Assembly: GCA_002633005.1 (NCBI GenBank)
Contig: NMRA01000457.1
Location: forward strand, 100,145 to 164,144
Direction of reading: 5' to 3'
From: Phoronis australis
Lineage: Eukaryota; Animalia; Phoronida
Length of the DNA: 64,000 nt
The position numbers and the translations under genes were made by a program. Below the pieces are notes generated by a model. The model was not told the origin of the DNA and did no database searches. It saw only the letters and a list, made by a program, of their open reading frames with translations. Shown here one piece after another: positions 13,204 to 26,960 of the stretch (the first letter of the stretch is position 1; every line of letters starts with the position of its first letter).

Positions 13204-16200
13204 TAGTCCAGTCATTCTACGGATAACCCGGAAATAATTGCAACAGAAGGTTTTATTTCATAAATCGTATCTTCTCATACCCCTTAGTGTGAGAAAAAAG
13301 TCTACCGTAGTCGGGGTGGCGGAAGTTGGTTTTTCAAGATGGCGGACAAAATGGCCTCTAGATTTTCATATGACCATTATAACTCGAGAGTGGAATGTGA
13401 TAGAGTAAAAATTAAAAAGGTTTATGAATGCTCTTTGGGACAACACATCCATTGGAAATAGTTTTGCATGGCTGCGGTGAGACCATCCGCCATTTTCCAA
13501 GATTGCCGCCAAAACTATTTCGAGTCGCACAACAGATTAGTGTATCGTCTCTATTCAAACATTGAATCATTGGTTTTCTGGGTCGACTAGTCCATTGAGA
13601 CTCATTGGGTTTGGTTCTAATGATTACTTCCACCATTTTCTAATATGGCCACCAAATATAGTTAATTGCTTCGTGTAAGATAGAGACACGCCGTCTTCAC
13701 AGCTTTCATATTCTGAGTTTCAGAGATCAACTTGTCCATCAAAATTATTCGACTACCATTTTCAATATTGTTAAACAAATAATAACTTTTTTGGGTGAAA
13801 AATATCAGGTTCGCATGGACTGAAGGTTCATTCTCCGTAACAAAATGTGCTGTGTCGAAAATAATTCTCCGCGATTAATTCAGCAATCTACTATCCACTC
13901 CAATTGACCGTTTGTGTCACCTCCAGCTAGTTTTAAATGCTAGTGAATAAAGCAACAGCTGAGACAGGAGAAATGTTTAGTAAAGTATGTTTAGCAAGTT
14001 AAACAGGTTATAAGCGCTTGAACAGCTCCCACTAGGCTTCTCTTTAGTGATGTTACACGTTTGTCCAAAGCAGTAATTGGCAGTCTGTAATCAAAATCTA
14101 TACACAACCAACAAGTATTTACACAACTAATCTCTTTCAACTGAGAATGAATTGCTGCAGCTTATATCACTGCATTCTCCACATGCAACCAAGCACGGCA
14201 TTTCTAACTTCTTGTGAGTACATCTCTTGGAACTGCAGTTGGTCTTGCACGAGCATCTTACTATCAGCAAGTTTTCTGGTGCTGCTGGCTGGTCGGTCGT
14301 CATGGGGATGGGTTTTTCACCTGCTATCATTTATCCTCAATCCAACGGGTCTATCTAACTGCCACTGATACTTGACCACTCTTGTTCTTGTCCTGGCAGC
14401 AAGGAATTTACCTGCTGAAGCAGTTGGTGGTAATGACTGTATTTGGACTTGGGCTACGCTTGATGACACCTTTTCCACAAATCACCTGCATTGCAAGTCA
14501 TTTAAATTTCCAGAGCAATTGCTGCTATAAAGCACAAATCTTTTACCGGCTTCAAATATGTCTTCCTTCAGCTGCATCAAGTCTAGTGATTACTCCAGAC
14601 TTTACGCAGAGTTCTCGATCACGCAGTTTCTTGAATGAGAGAGCCTTGCCAATAACGAACAACCGTGATGTTGTATCGCAACCACCTATTGCATGTACTA
14701 ATGGCAAAAGCGCGCAAGTTTTGGCACCAACAGACAACTGTAGTTTCTTGATGTCCCAGACTCTCCTCTCGTTTTGGTATCTCTTATCAGATCATACTGG
14801 AAATTGTTGTGAAGTAGCATGGTAGCACAAAAGAACCAACAAGTCTCTATCGTCTGCAATAAGGGTAATAGGACCTTGTGCTGCATTCTCTACTGCTGTT
14901 TCTACAATTAAAACATCTGCGTCGCCTTGAGCTTGTACCACTGTGCAGCCAGCATTTCGAGAAGAAGTTAATAAATCGTTGTTTGATTTTGCGGTTTGCC
15001 AAAAATGTGAACTTTCTGCTTTGACTTGATCACTATGTCACCATTGAAGTGAACTTCAGTTTCAACAACCCCACCCAGTCTTCGAACATGGGAGACATCT
15101 TTAGTTAGACCACTTCCACAACCATCAAAAATAACAGTAAGCTGGGTGTACTTGTAATTCACATAAGCTCTACCAACTGACTGAAACTTTACACCTCTAG
15201 ATCAAAAAATACAGTGAAGGAGAGAACCGTTGTCGATTGTATGCATCACCGTGTTTTCTAGAAATTGGTAATCTTCAGGTAGGTCGTGCACCACTGGATC
15301 AGAGAACATCAGCTCACCCACTCTGGTAAGACCAGATGTATCAAAAAGAGCGGGAGAAACAACACACAATTCAAACTTCAAAAGGCCTGATTAACATTCA
15401 CTTTTGTCTTTTGCAGCTGTCAGTAATTGCGGTAATAACAATTGTGGATCCACTTGCGCAAAGTCACTATTGGCAACTTGAAGTAGTGGACTTGTCATTG
15501 CCACAACCTTGTCTTTTTTCTGAATGTGAAGTCTTTTACATTTGACCCTTCTATAGACGAGAGAATTGCCTTCCCCGCTTCTCTGGCATTTTCGGCATTG
15601 ACGCGTGTGCATGCAGTCACAACGGTGGCGATGTTCTGTAATCCCCTTCAAATGGGTTTCTGTTGTGGAGGAATTCAACAAGGCTGAGGACGTCTTTGTC
15701 ATCCCGCGACGGTTTTGCCAGGGTACATTCTTTATGCTGCTTACTTGTTTCGCAACTCAAGTTTGTCATAATATGCATGGCGCCATTTATACTTGAGCAT
15801 ACATGCCGGCATGGAAAGCAGCAACAGTGCATGCTGCGTATCTCCCATCCCGCAACCTCTTGTTAAACCTCCTGATGATTTAATGGTTTTTATGAGCGTT
15901 TGCTCAATTACAAGGTCAGATGACAAGCCTGCCAGAAGGTGCTGTAGACGTCTGGATGGGTGTCTTTGAGTTGGTGCATCTTCTGCAAATATATGTATGC
16001 AGATTTTGCATATGAGATGTAACCAGCAGCTGCAAATTACGGCAGCACATTAGAAACTACTTTTAGGTGAAGTTCCCAATCTGACGTTATTTCTGCTTTT
16101 AGAAAAGTCGAAGGATGTCATCCATTTTCATATACTGTAGCCAGAGACAGTTGGTTCGGCTTTGCAAAGACAAGTCTGATTTATGTGCTTCGTTTTGATA

Positions 16201-19143
16201 GATTTCTACCCGACACTCCCACAAGCATACATCGCCGCACATAGACGTCATGCCAGCAATAGGATCATCATGCTACTTCAGACCTTCTTTCAAATCATCA
16301 TCAAGTATATCAGTGGCTGTTGATTCTTCTGAGAAACCATTCGGTCGCTGCAAATTCTGAAGACCTATACTCCGATTCAGTCCTGTTTGAATATACCAGT
16401 GGCAGTATGTCGGAAGCCAGAAGTGAACTCTGTATTCCACTGTAATTTAAGGTTCAGAATCGGAAGACACTGTATGTCCCAGCGTATACATCTTTAGTTA
16501 TGTGATCAGTTGGGATGTCTGAAGAATCTGCCTCCATATATTTTGACGAGCCAACGTTTATGTACAAGCATTGAATTGCTTTACCTCTTGGCACGGAATC
16601 TGTGTCCTGTGTTGGTGGCATTTGGGACTCTTGAATTTCTGAAGAACCGGAACTTCTTTCTTGAAATCCTGGAGTCATTGGTTCTGGTTTGGCGTTACTT
16701 GATCTGTCACATATCATGAATAATACGCTTACAAGGAAGTCACGCCTTTCTAAAGATATGCAGGGATTTTCACGGCTCGTCGTACTGAGTGGCTTTTACA
16801 AGGATCAAAGAGAGCGCGGCGTCGGAGTCAGGTACAGTTGTGATGCCGCATTGCCCGATGCGAGCAAGACCCAATTAAGTGTAATTACGTGACCATAAAC
16901 TGTATTAAACATCTCTGATTGTACACAATTGCGAATTTTCAAAATGTGTTAACCCCTACTTTTCGTTAAAAACGACGAATACCATTGCGGTATTGAGCTG
17001 GAAAAAATAACCAAATACGGTTTTCGATTTTTAAAAATCGATGAACTAATAATCTAAAAACTACAACCATTGGGTACGATTGAACATAAACTACCGCGTG
17101 TATTGATATACAAACGCTGATCAGAGTTACCAATATCACATGGATTATTTTTAATATGCTTTCAATCTAGTTTAATCAGATTTTAGAACAGGAAACTGTT
17201 GTACTTAACTTGTGCCCACTTTTCATTTTTTAGTACTGACAAAGAGCTAAAATAGTTAGTCAGTGGCCACCGAAATTGTCCAAAGATTCCAAATCTTTAG
17301 TTCTGGTTATCACCATATTTGCAATTTTGTATATATTTTATAATTTGAGTTCTAATAAAGATTAAACTTTAATGCCACGTGCATTGTTTAGTGTAGGCCT
17401 ACCTGTAATGTGGAAAGTTCAGGGATGGGCTCACAATGAAATTAACTAATTAAGTTTCGCTGGCGATCAAAATCTACCACTGTTTTGGTACTTCAGGTTT
17501 AAAACTTAAATTATCAACCCGTTTCCGGTAAGAAAAAAAACAAGTGGGCAGAAACATTAAAAATTAATTAACGAAAACCAACATGAAACATATCGTCTTT
17601 TGGGAAGTGGCCTTTGTGAAGATAATTACAAGTTAACAACATCCATTGTTGAGACAGTTAATGCTTTCCACTTCATTAGCTCAGATCTACATCAATTCAA
17701 AGGGCGTGCTGAATAGGCATTGTAAAAGGTGTCTGGGCCTAAGGGAATCTGAGCGGTGACCAGTGTAAGCGAGAAATTCTCCACATGAATATTGGAAGTG
17801 GGATGTTGAATGCTCTGACTGTGGTGATAGCATTCAGTGCTGAGTCTAACAACATATGCCCCCTCCTTGCTCTATCCACACTTTTTCAATTTAGCATATG
17901 GATCACACTGTTTGGTGCATACACTGTGCCAAGAACTAGAAACCTGTTGCCTGATATTACGTATCCAACAAATCACAGAAAGCTCATCTTAGTATGAAAT
18001 CCGCCAAGCCTGGCTAAGAGCAAGTGACTGCAGATTACTATCGTTTGGTTTGCTGGCACTAATTTCCTCTCAAATCAGTTACCTATGTTCATAAAAAGCA
18101 TGCACATTACACCAATTGTGAGTACTAAATGCTAAACATTTAATCATTAACTTTTTGTTACACAAATTTATTTATTTTTCATCAAATTCAGGTGAAATCA
18201 TCTACCAAATTCTCCACTCATGTCAGTAGCAGACGAAATATTTGCATGGGAACAACTAATAATATCTCCAATAGCAGAGAGCAAAGCCACTTGCTGCCCA
18301 ACATGATTCAGGGTTTGTGTACTGAATAAACCAATAATTCCATCAGAATTACATATTCTTCTAACAAATATTATTTTTGATGCCTCAAATGAGTATATTT
18401 TACAGAAAAAAGTGAGTGTGTTATGAAAAATTAACTAAAGCTTTTTCTGAAAAACACCAAATTTTACGTTAAATAATCTAAAATTTGATTAAAATTCAAT
18501 ATTTAGTACCTAAATCTTAAAAACAAACTTCATAAACAATCAACTCATTAGGCCTAACTAGATTGTAAAATGCTTTTGTGTAAATGCTTCTTAGGTTATA
18601 AACAAAGTTTGCAGAATGCACATGCGGTAAATTGAAGTTATTTGTAAGTTGGCGGCCATTTTGTCAGCCATCTTGATGTTTTTCTCTCCAATTAGTTACC
18701 GTCTGTAAGGTCCATATGTTTTTTAATTTTCTAACATACAAATGCATAAAAAGTTTGCCGTTTTCAGGGCAAAATATGAAAAGAAATTTTGCAACATGTA
18801 CCAAATTGTCGTTTCGGCAGCCATTTTGTTGGCCATATTGGTTTTATTTTACTGAAAATTGGCATCTTTTGATTGGCATGCCATTTATGAAAGTATATAA
18901 CCAATGACAAGCTTTACTGTATTATTTCGAGCTGTTGCATAAGAGTAACATGCCAAAAAGTAGTAAACTCCAGTTTTGGCGGCCATTTTTTCCGCCATCT
19001 TGAAAAGCCAACTTCCGCCATTCCGATTTCGGTAGACTTTTTTCTGTCACCAAGGGATGTTTGAAGATGCCATTTATGTAAAAAAAAATATTCTTTGCAA
19101 TTTTTTAGGTTGGGCCCTCTGGAGCCCTAGAATGACTGGACTA
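13204..19143 (-). mobile_element. Full-length degenerate AcademX DNA transposon
   Basis: Imperfect TIRs of about 160 bp beginning TAGTCCAGTCATTCTA at both ends, with TAA on both flanks (3-bp TSD). A fragmented transposase-XPG-like-Cys-rich ORF lies inside. Confidence 0.88.
14127..18060 (-). pseudogene. AcademX transposase / XPG-like nuclease / Cys-rich finger pseudogene
   Basis: Ordered motifs RLGGFHTKMSFL, SRTNCLWLQYM..KAEITSDWELHL, SSDLVIEQTL..SSGGLTRG, QGDADVLIV..ADDRDLLVLL, HAIGGCDTTSRLFVIGK and CSCKTNCSSKRC..CLVACGEC..CSN. Many stops and frameshifts. Confidence 0.85.
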
Positions 19144-22100
19144 TAATAATAATAATAATAAACAAGTAGAGGCTATGGTTCATTCAAAGAGGTCAAAACC
19201 TTGCCAGCGCTTTATAAATTCACCGTACCTCAGTTTGTTTATGTATATCTATACCGATCAGTGAAAATGTAAACGGCTCTGGTGCTAATTCAGCTTTGAT
19301 GCAGCCTTATCCTAGATTGTTTACCTGTCTTCGTATTGCATTGGTTAGTACATAGTTTCTCATTTATTACGTCCAGAAATATCAAGTTACTGCGTTAATT
19401 ACGGTGTATAGTGTGATTGTAGATAAACAAGTCAAAGAAAATCGACCGCCATTGTTCGAATTAATGAAGCCTTCCCCAACTAACCAGTCCCCAGATTTTC
19501 GCCACGCCCACTCAATCACGTGGTGCAGTCGTGAAAAAACTAAAACATTAGGCATAATTAGCCTAGTCAAGTGTTTCTAAGCGATAAGCAGGCGATTTTG
19601 GGTAATTTTCCTACACAAGCCGTCATTGCGAACTCAAGGACGACGACTGGCCAACAAACCAAACGTAAACCTAGACCGTAGGAGCTTTCGATCACCAGTC
19701 AAAAGGCGAGGAAAGGTGTCATATTTCCGCACCACGCGCGCTTGAAAACTAATTTATTATGAAAGTAAAATTGCTTTTTGTAACGAAGTCTTAAAACATT
19801 GCTTTAACATTGGGATGATTTTGCAGGTTGGTTTTATCTTTTTCTGCAAAAATGCATGAAGATTTGAGAATAGTCGACAACCATTGGGTATTCCAATATG
19901 GCCACCTAATTCTTATGATGAATGAGACAAGTTCGGAGCAAGAACTAGGCTGCTCCGATCTATTCTGGCACATAATCTGTCATAAAATGACGTCCAACTT
20001 CACAACTATTGTGCTTAACTATTAATTCCACTTTGATGTCCAGCCGATAACGGCAATGCGTTTGTAAGCTCACTTTACGCGTTCATGAGTACCGCGCTAG
20101 TGTTAGTTCGCTGTAAATTTGCGGCACTAATGCAAACCTAATCTTACAGACTCTGCACTTGCCCTTGTATTATACTACTCATAGCATAAATTGTGAACAG
20201 TTCGAAATGCCCTTTTCTTATTTGGACAGATTTTAACAAAATTTAACTCACTGGTTTATGTCAGAAATTTGCCAATGCAATATCGAGTTTTGGACGGATT
20301 TGAATTTTCTGGCTCCTCGTGGTGGCAGTCTTAGCTGATCTTTGCCACAAGTCTTTCGGGATGGTCTCTAGAAATTAGATAATTCTTGTTAAAGCTTAAC
20401 AGAGTATACGACAAAAGTGCACTGGCACAAGGGAATTTTTGGATAGATAGAAGTACATGTACATGTACACCAGCACTTCTTAAAGGTTGTTTTAATTTTC
20501 AAATTGGACACATTAGTCCTCGTGGAAAGCATTTCCGGAAACGTTGATAACAAATTGGGCTACATGATAAACTTTGGTGTATTTATATGTTCATGTATGT
20601 GCGTTCATGTACGTCGGGAATGTGCCAACGCCGGCACTTTTCGTTTCTCCCTGCATGTGTGTCCGTTTCTTTATTCACCAGAGCGCACGAGAAGAAATTT
20701 TGAGACTTGTATTTCATTGTAGAGGTGATGACAGTTACAGGTAGCGGTTTGATCCGATTGCGACAAGTACTGTGACCCTTGGTACCATTTTGTTTCTCTT
20801 TTGCATTTTCCAAACTTCGTGATTGTTTTTGGATGCCTGTAGTGATATGGTACGGCATTTTTTATTTCTTTGTTCGAAATGTTGAAAAATATTCATTTAT
20901 ATATTTTTTTGATTTGATTGGATTTGATTAGATGTTGGTTAACAAAGAAGTTAGTACCTGTTAATTCTAACTATTGCAGCTATAATGTACCTCTGGTGGT
21001 CAAATTGCTGTCTACTTGAGCCTCATGTGGAGTTGAAAATCTCCCTTAGGAACATACCGTTTAGTTTGAGATGCATCGTAGGCGCACATGTAACGAAAAC
21101 CGAGTATTTTTACAGTACTAACAAACGTGGAAGTAACAGTATTTACGTTTTTGGATCTTACCCCGCCCCTACCCCTTTAACTCCACCTATGCTAGATATA
21201 GAGTTTGGTGTCACTGGGTCTTGGAGAATTTTTGCTGCGCTTGGGAAGATTATGTGTAATCCTTTTGCAAGTCAAAAGCTTTTTACTTCCACTCGGCTTG
21301 TTCGCAAAAGCGTCAGGTTCATCTACAAGCGTATATTTCATCACCGCAAATCGCCCTCAAGTCGACACGATTGCCCATAAGTATACATTGATTTCCACTT
21401 CCTGCTAATCGCCAGTTTATATCCGTGAGCTCTGCTATGGCTGAATCTCATGAGCGGCGATATCGGATAATGCAAATACATGTGTAGCATTTTCAGGTCA
21501 ACAATAGTGACAACTAAGTGACTGGGACACAGATTCTATACCTACCAATACAATCTAAAGTGGTGCGAAAGGGCTAGGGACCAATCTGTACAACACTGGC
21601 TAGGTGTCAGCAAAGGTTGTTAAAATTGCCAACAATACGCTTGTCCTCTATTTTATTTTACGATTCCGGTTGTTTTACATTGGGTTGGATAATCACATCA
21701 GCAGCACGTGTACAGTACGTCTCGTTTACATAAAGTTCGAACGTGCTATTATATGAAATAGTGCTTAGGACTAACGAGGTGATTTGCTGGTTCCTTCTCA
21801 GGACGTGGAGATACCTGTTGGCCATCTTAATTGCAGAACAGGTAGATTGGGTTGAAGCAGCTGTGGGCGATATTTCGTATGTTACGTCGGGTCTAGGCTA
21901 CAAATATGCTATTAAGCAAATTACATTTCAAGCAATAATGGTGAAAGGCCTGCGTTTACATATTTTGAATTGTTCCACTGCCACTTTAGAGTCGATGTCT
22001 AAGAAAATCGTGTATTGGGAATTTTCATGAATGTTCATGAAATTAAATCAGCATAATCTATCTGATGATACACAAGGAGCAAAGACTTCAATCACACCTC

Positions 22101-23079
22101 ACTTTAGTTTCTCCTCTATACCTTGTATCATTTCGTCTAATGATGATTGAGGAAATTCAATTAAATCTCACTTATGCACACCGCAGTCTTTTTTCCTTTT
22201 TTATTTCTTTGTCGTGTTTTGTTTGACCGTCATGTTTTTGTCAAAAACTTGTTGCCAATATTCGAAAAAGCAAAGCAACGGGGCACCTGTACTTGGGTCA
22301 CACTTCTCTGTCGCGACTCCCAGAAACATTATACCGAGGGCGTTTTTCGTTCTTGTTTTATCCATTCCTTTGAAATAGCAAAATGGAGGGACATATCACG
22401 TGGAAGAGCAGTGGGTGATACGGAAATATACAGGCAAACTTTAGCTACACGCTATATGTATGGAGGGGAGAGCTGGCCTAGTTGAAATATTTCGGAATAT
22501 TTCCACTGAAAGGCCAATTTCGCCTAAACTAAAAGATTATTGAACTTGATATAAACGTTATGATAATTCGATGTTTTCAGTTCGGTACATGGGTAATATG
22601 TGAAATCCCACACCCTGTATTAATTGTTAGCCTACTCAGTGGTCGGTAGAATATTGCAACTTGCCCCATGTGCTTGGCACAGTGTAAGACGTGTGACGCG
22701 ATGGGGCTAGTAATAATTCATGTCATTTAAGTTTCAGTATTCTCCAAACGTACATTTATTCCAAATTCTTATATTACGTACTTGGTTTTTAATGACCCTA
22801 TGCACGATGACAAGCCTGGTTTCTGAGATAGATTCACTGAAAAGCGATAAGAGTTACATGTATGCTCAGCTGTTTTCGTCATATGACACTTTTGTTGGCA
22901 TTAACATTGTTGCCGGCAAGCTCCCAGATGGTGAGACTACAAGCTACCTCACGACGTGGCTTTCTCCATTTAACAAACAGCGGACTTTATCAAACCACTC
23001 TGCACAATTTATAGAAGAGCCTCGACGCACATTTTTACCATCTCACGTCAAGAAATATATCATCTCTAGGAACACATAG

Positions 23080-23520
23080 GCTAGCTGTGTTTTAGAGAAG
23101 AAAGCTGCAGGGTGCCCGTTCTGTAAAGAAGGTCCCCATCGTTGTTGGGAAGTCTTGATGAGAAGCACCGTTTCTTATCCCAGAAGAACGTTTGTTTTCT
23201 GCGTTGCAGACCCACCTCGCACAGGTAGGAGCAGTGTCCAGTGTCGGCCCTGTGCGTCCAGTGGGCGAGCATTGACCATGGCTAAGTTCTTCATGACTTC
23301 GTTGGGCGTCACCCGGTAGGTTAAAAGTGCACTTCCATCTTCGAAAAGGGATACCGTGGCAGACGGTGAGGTAAAACTGTCCTTGTGAATATCAAACCTA
23401 CAGATGGTACGGAAGCAGTGGTTACTGTTCATTCTGTGCTAGGTGAGCACTGCAACAGCACACTGGCCACTCCAGACCTGATGAACCTACTTGACATCCA
23501 AAGAAAGGAGAGACTGTAAA
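23080..23520 (+). mobile_element. BEL/Pao LTR retrotransposon gag zinc-knuckle/protease fragment (degenerate)
   Basis: Plus strand reads CPFCKEGPH..LDEKHRFLSQKNVCFLRCRPTSH..QCPVSALCVQ..DH..LH..KTVLVNIKP..VHSVLGEHCNSTLA, with stops. This resembles the BEL triple Cys-His gag and decayed protease site. It is not captured by the ORF track. Confidence 0.7.
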
Positions 23521-23610
23521 AGCTCTCGTGTTCCGGCCAAGAATCATCAGTGGGGCGCCAAGCTTTTGCACTCGTTGTCTGCCTCTGCTGACTCTCATTT
23601 CTCAAGGCTT

Positions 23611-23961
23611 TAAAGGCGAAGGCAACCCCTTTTCATGACTTTTTTTAGCAAAAATAGGGTTTGTTGGCTATCCCAGACATATTTTCCACTTAATTACAAC
23701 TTTTCGTAATTTAATTATTTATTCGTTCTCTACTCCGGGAGTGCCGTTTTGGGAGGCAAGCATTTCGCGCCAATTTCTTTTCATATAGTCTGACTGTGAG
23801 AGCTGCCGAATCAGTCAAACGACGACCGAACTTATCACAACCGAGATAGAACAGTGACTGACTCGGCAGCTCTCACAGTCAGACTATATGAAAGAAATTG
23901 GTGCGAAATGCTTGCCTCCCAAAACGTCACTTCCGGAGTAGAGAACGAATTATTAATTAAA
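23611..23961. mobile_element. TTAA-flanked (Kolobok-like) non-autonomous element with a long central palindrome
   Basis: Starts TTAA-AGG. Arms 23721-23817 and 23855-23950 are near-perfect inverted repeats. A homologous terminus occurs inverted at about 52320-52460, ending CTTTAA. Confidence 0.7.
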
Positions 23962-24949
23962 GACTGGCACCTCCGAAATGACAATGAGTAAACGAATCAA
24001 GGCAGCTCAAAGGCTCTCGGCAGCTAATTTTTTCTTTGGCAACACGTTGTTTCTTGTTTAAGCTTTTTCTGGGTTGAGCATTTTTTTTCTTTTAGGGAGC
24101 TTCTAAAACCTCTGTTTTGTCTGGCGAGCCTAATCCTTTGTGCATCCTGTCTACCATACGCCCTTTAGTGGACAGTGGCATGTGCTAAACCGTGTGGAAC
24201 CGTTTCTGTGGTATCCTGAATTTCTGCGCTTGCTAAAGTTTGGGGGTAATTTGAGAACGTTTCTAGCAGCCACATTTTCTATCAAATTATCCGGTGCTCA
24301 GCGACGCTATTCTTTATTTTACGTCAATTTTGCCCATTCCTCGAATAGGTGAAAAACCTCCCAAGTTTAAGTTTTCAGCAGCATTCCGTGGCGAGATGAT
24401 AGGGTGTGTCTGGCACTGAGGAAATTGTCAGTAGAAAATTTCTGTGACTATGGAGAAGAAATTTCTCATGTCACATTTTTACCACCCTGATGAAGTTGTT
24501 TGGAGAACTGGAAATCAAGAAACGCAGAATTTATCAACACACGTTAATATTAACTTATTTTCCTCGTAGCGGTTGACAGCGCGATTTTCTCACACGAAAT
24601 TGATGGGGTGGCGAAACAAATCGAGATCACTCTGTCGTTTTGTTCCTGTGATCGGCAGGCAGCACACCACCTAGTGCTGCTTTCCCAACAAGTACAGAAT
24701 TTGTATTTAAAGAAATTTAGGACTTAAAAAGAACGTTGGTCCTTAATTGCTAATAGAAGTCTATGCAAGAATCTGAAACCTTTAAGTGCATGTAACTAAA
24801 ACCTGAGAAATTTATAAACTATCAACTACGTGTTGATACGGAATTGATCACCATGGAGATCAATTTGAAGTACAGCTCCAGGATTTGACGAAGTTATAAC
24901 CATGGAGATACGAAATCAATGCCCACATACGCCTTCTTTCGCACTAAAC

Positions 24950-25295
24950 AATCGACGATATTTTCTCGGTGGAAGCTTGGCGTGATAAAATGTGTAGCTA
25001 TAATAGTTGCTAAACCTTATTTTATATATTCACTTTCTTTCCATTTGGTTTAAATTTTCAATTGGTTTTGAGTAAAAGCATTATTTGACAAAAATAGCTC
25101 GGCTTTTCTAAAAGGTCACGACCTCCGACCCCGGGTCTCTGACATAGAAAGTAGTTAAAAAAGCCGAGGCGAGTCGAGAAAGGTAGATCGATTCGGTGCA
25201 GTGTTTCTCGTTCGGGTGATAATTCTCCAAAATCCACTCAGGCTCTAGATGAGGGGGGTAACGACTGAAAACATGGTAAAATTCTATATTTATCA
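24950..25295 (+). repeat. Repeat family C, homologous to 51220-51443
   Basis: Shared gacgatatttt..ggtggaagcttggc, gctctagat and ctatatttatc blocks. Confidence 0.75.
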
Positions 25296-25301
25296 TATCG
25301 T

Positions 25302-25302
<1 letters not shown>

Positions 25303-25350
<48 letters not shown>
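25303..25350. repeat. (TAA)16 microsatellite
   Basis: Perfect trinucleotide run. Confidence 0.98.
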
Positions 25351-25352
<2 letters not shown>

Positions 25353-26811
25353 GGCAAGTGGTGTTGGAATTTTGCAAAATAAGGTACGCAAAACAGAATG
25401 GCCGACACGTTACTTGGGCCTTCTACAGGTCCATTAAAACAGCCAAAGTTCCTTCATTCCACTGCTCATACTCGACAATTCTACCAGCCTGCTTGAGGAA
25501 TTTTGCAGGTTTTTTAATGTTTTTGTTAGCTATGGCAATTTTCCCTGAAACTACTTTACTTCCAAAACATTATTTTTAATGCTTTGGTAAGTGGAACACG
25601 GGCCGTTATGGTCTTTTGGTGTTTCGTCTTCCATCCAGCTTTTCGAGCAGTGTTGCTCGACCTGTTGTTTTACTATAATTCTGCAGGTTACTGCGGTATC
25701 ACGTGGATTTACCAACTGCAGTTGAGACCTGGCACACTTAACAATTTGTAGTAAGACTGGAGCTATCCAGCTAAACACCTCTTTTCTTCGTCTACAGCAA
25801 CTACATGTACTCTCATTACAAGTTGTTTTCCATCGTTTAATGACCAGTCTCTCATTTCTAAAACGCAGGGACATCAGGGACAGGTAATATTGGGTCAGGT
25901 GTTTGAAATTCAAGTTCTAAACCAAGTTTTGCTAATCGACCAGCTGCCTCATTTCCCTGGATGCCAACGTGTCCAGGGGTCCACGAAACTGTGATACGAT
26001 TATACGTACCTCAATTGTTTAGGATAGTGATACAGTACCGAACAATATGTGATTTCAGAACATTGTTTCTAAGGCTGTATTAGCTACTTGGCTATCTGAC
26101 AGGACAGTTACAGATGTATTTTGGGTTCCTTTTGGCCAGTTCTTCTGAAACTTAATGAAATTGTCAGTGACATATGGTTTGGATAGATTGTGATGCATTA
26201 TCTCGTGTTTCGTAATTCTCCATCCCAGCCGATGATATCTCCATAGCAACCGCTGCAATTGTAACGCAATTTGAAGTAGTGTTATTTTGCTCGTGAATTT
26301 ACGTAGTTCTCATCGTGATTCAATCCCTGCATCTTCTCGTTATCAAAGCACTACATCACCACAAGTTTCTGACGTCATGTAGGTTTTTAAATAACCATAA
26401 AACATAAATCACCTAGATGACGCAAGCCTTCAGTGCCCACTGTCGCGCTATTGCACAGAAAAAGTGTTTTCAAAGGCTAACGTGTTCACCGACTGTGAAT
26501 ACAAGTCATTGCGCGGGCGTTAGTGCGTGGCCGCTGAGTGTGCTGACACCCAGCTTACAAGTCGAGTTGCTGTAACCAAATCACTTCAATTGATTGTTTT
26601 GCGTTGTATATTCACAAAGCATGATATCTTTATCAAAATTTAATCGATATATATGTCCATTCCCCTCATGCGGTGGACGTTTTTTTTTTTTAAATCTCTC
26701 CACAACGTTTTGAGATGAAATCTAGTAGATGGCTGACCGAACGAGTGGTTGACTTACGATCGAAAGCGCAAACAAAGCCTGATTCCATGAATTACTTAGT
26801 GGGTGAAATCA

Positions 26812-26960
26812 TATAATAAAAGTTATTGAATTTCACACTTGGTCAATTTGTTGATTTTCAGAACTCAAATGTGTAATAATACTATCGGCTCTGCATCGGT
26901 TATTATTACATATTTGGGGGTCTAAAACCAACATATCTTGGTGAAAGTCAATAATTATAA
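26812..26960. mobile_element. Palindromic non-autonomous element (Crypton-like MITE)
   Basis: Imperfect arms ttattgaatttcac/gtgaaagtcaataa and aaatgtgtaataata/tattattacatattt flank a cggctctgcatcgg centre. Confidence 0.55.

Noticed and set aside
21565-21615. KG*GPICT-HWLG resembling the cyclase KGKG..TYWL end
   Set aside because: It needs a stop and a frameshift, and has no upstream RG motif or suitable acceptor; probably chance.
25108-25377. ORF with a poly-Leu signal/TM-like stretch
   Set aside because: It is the translation of the (TAA)n microsatellite.
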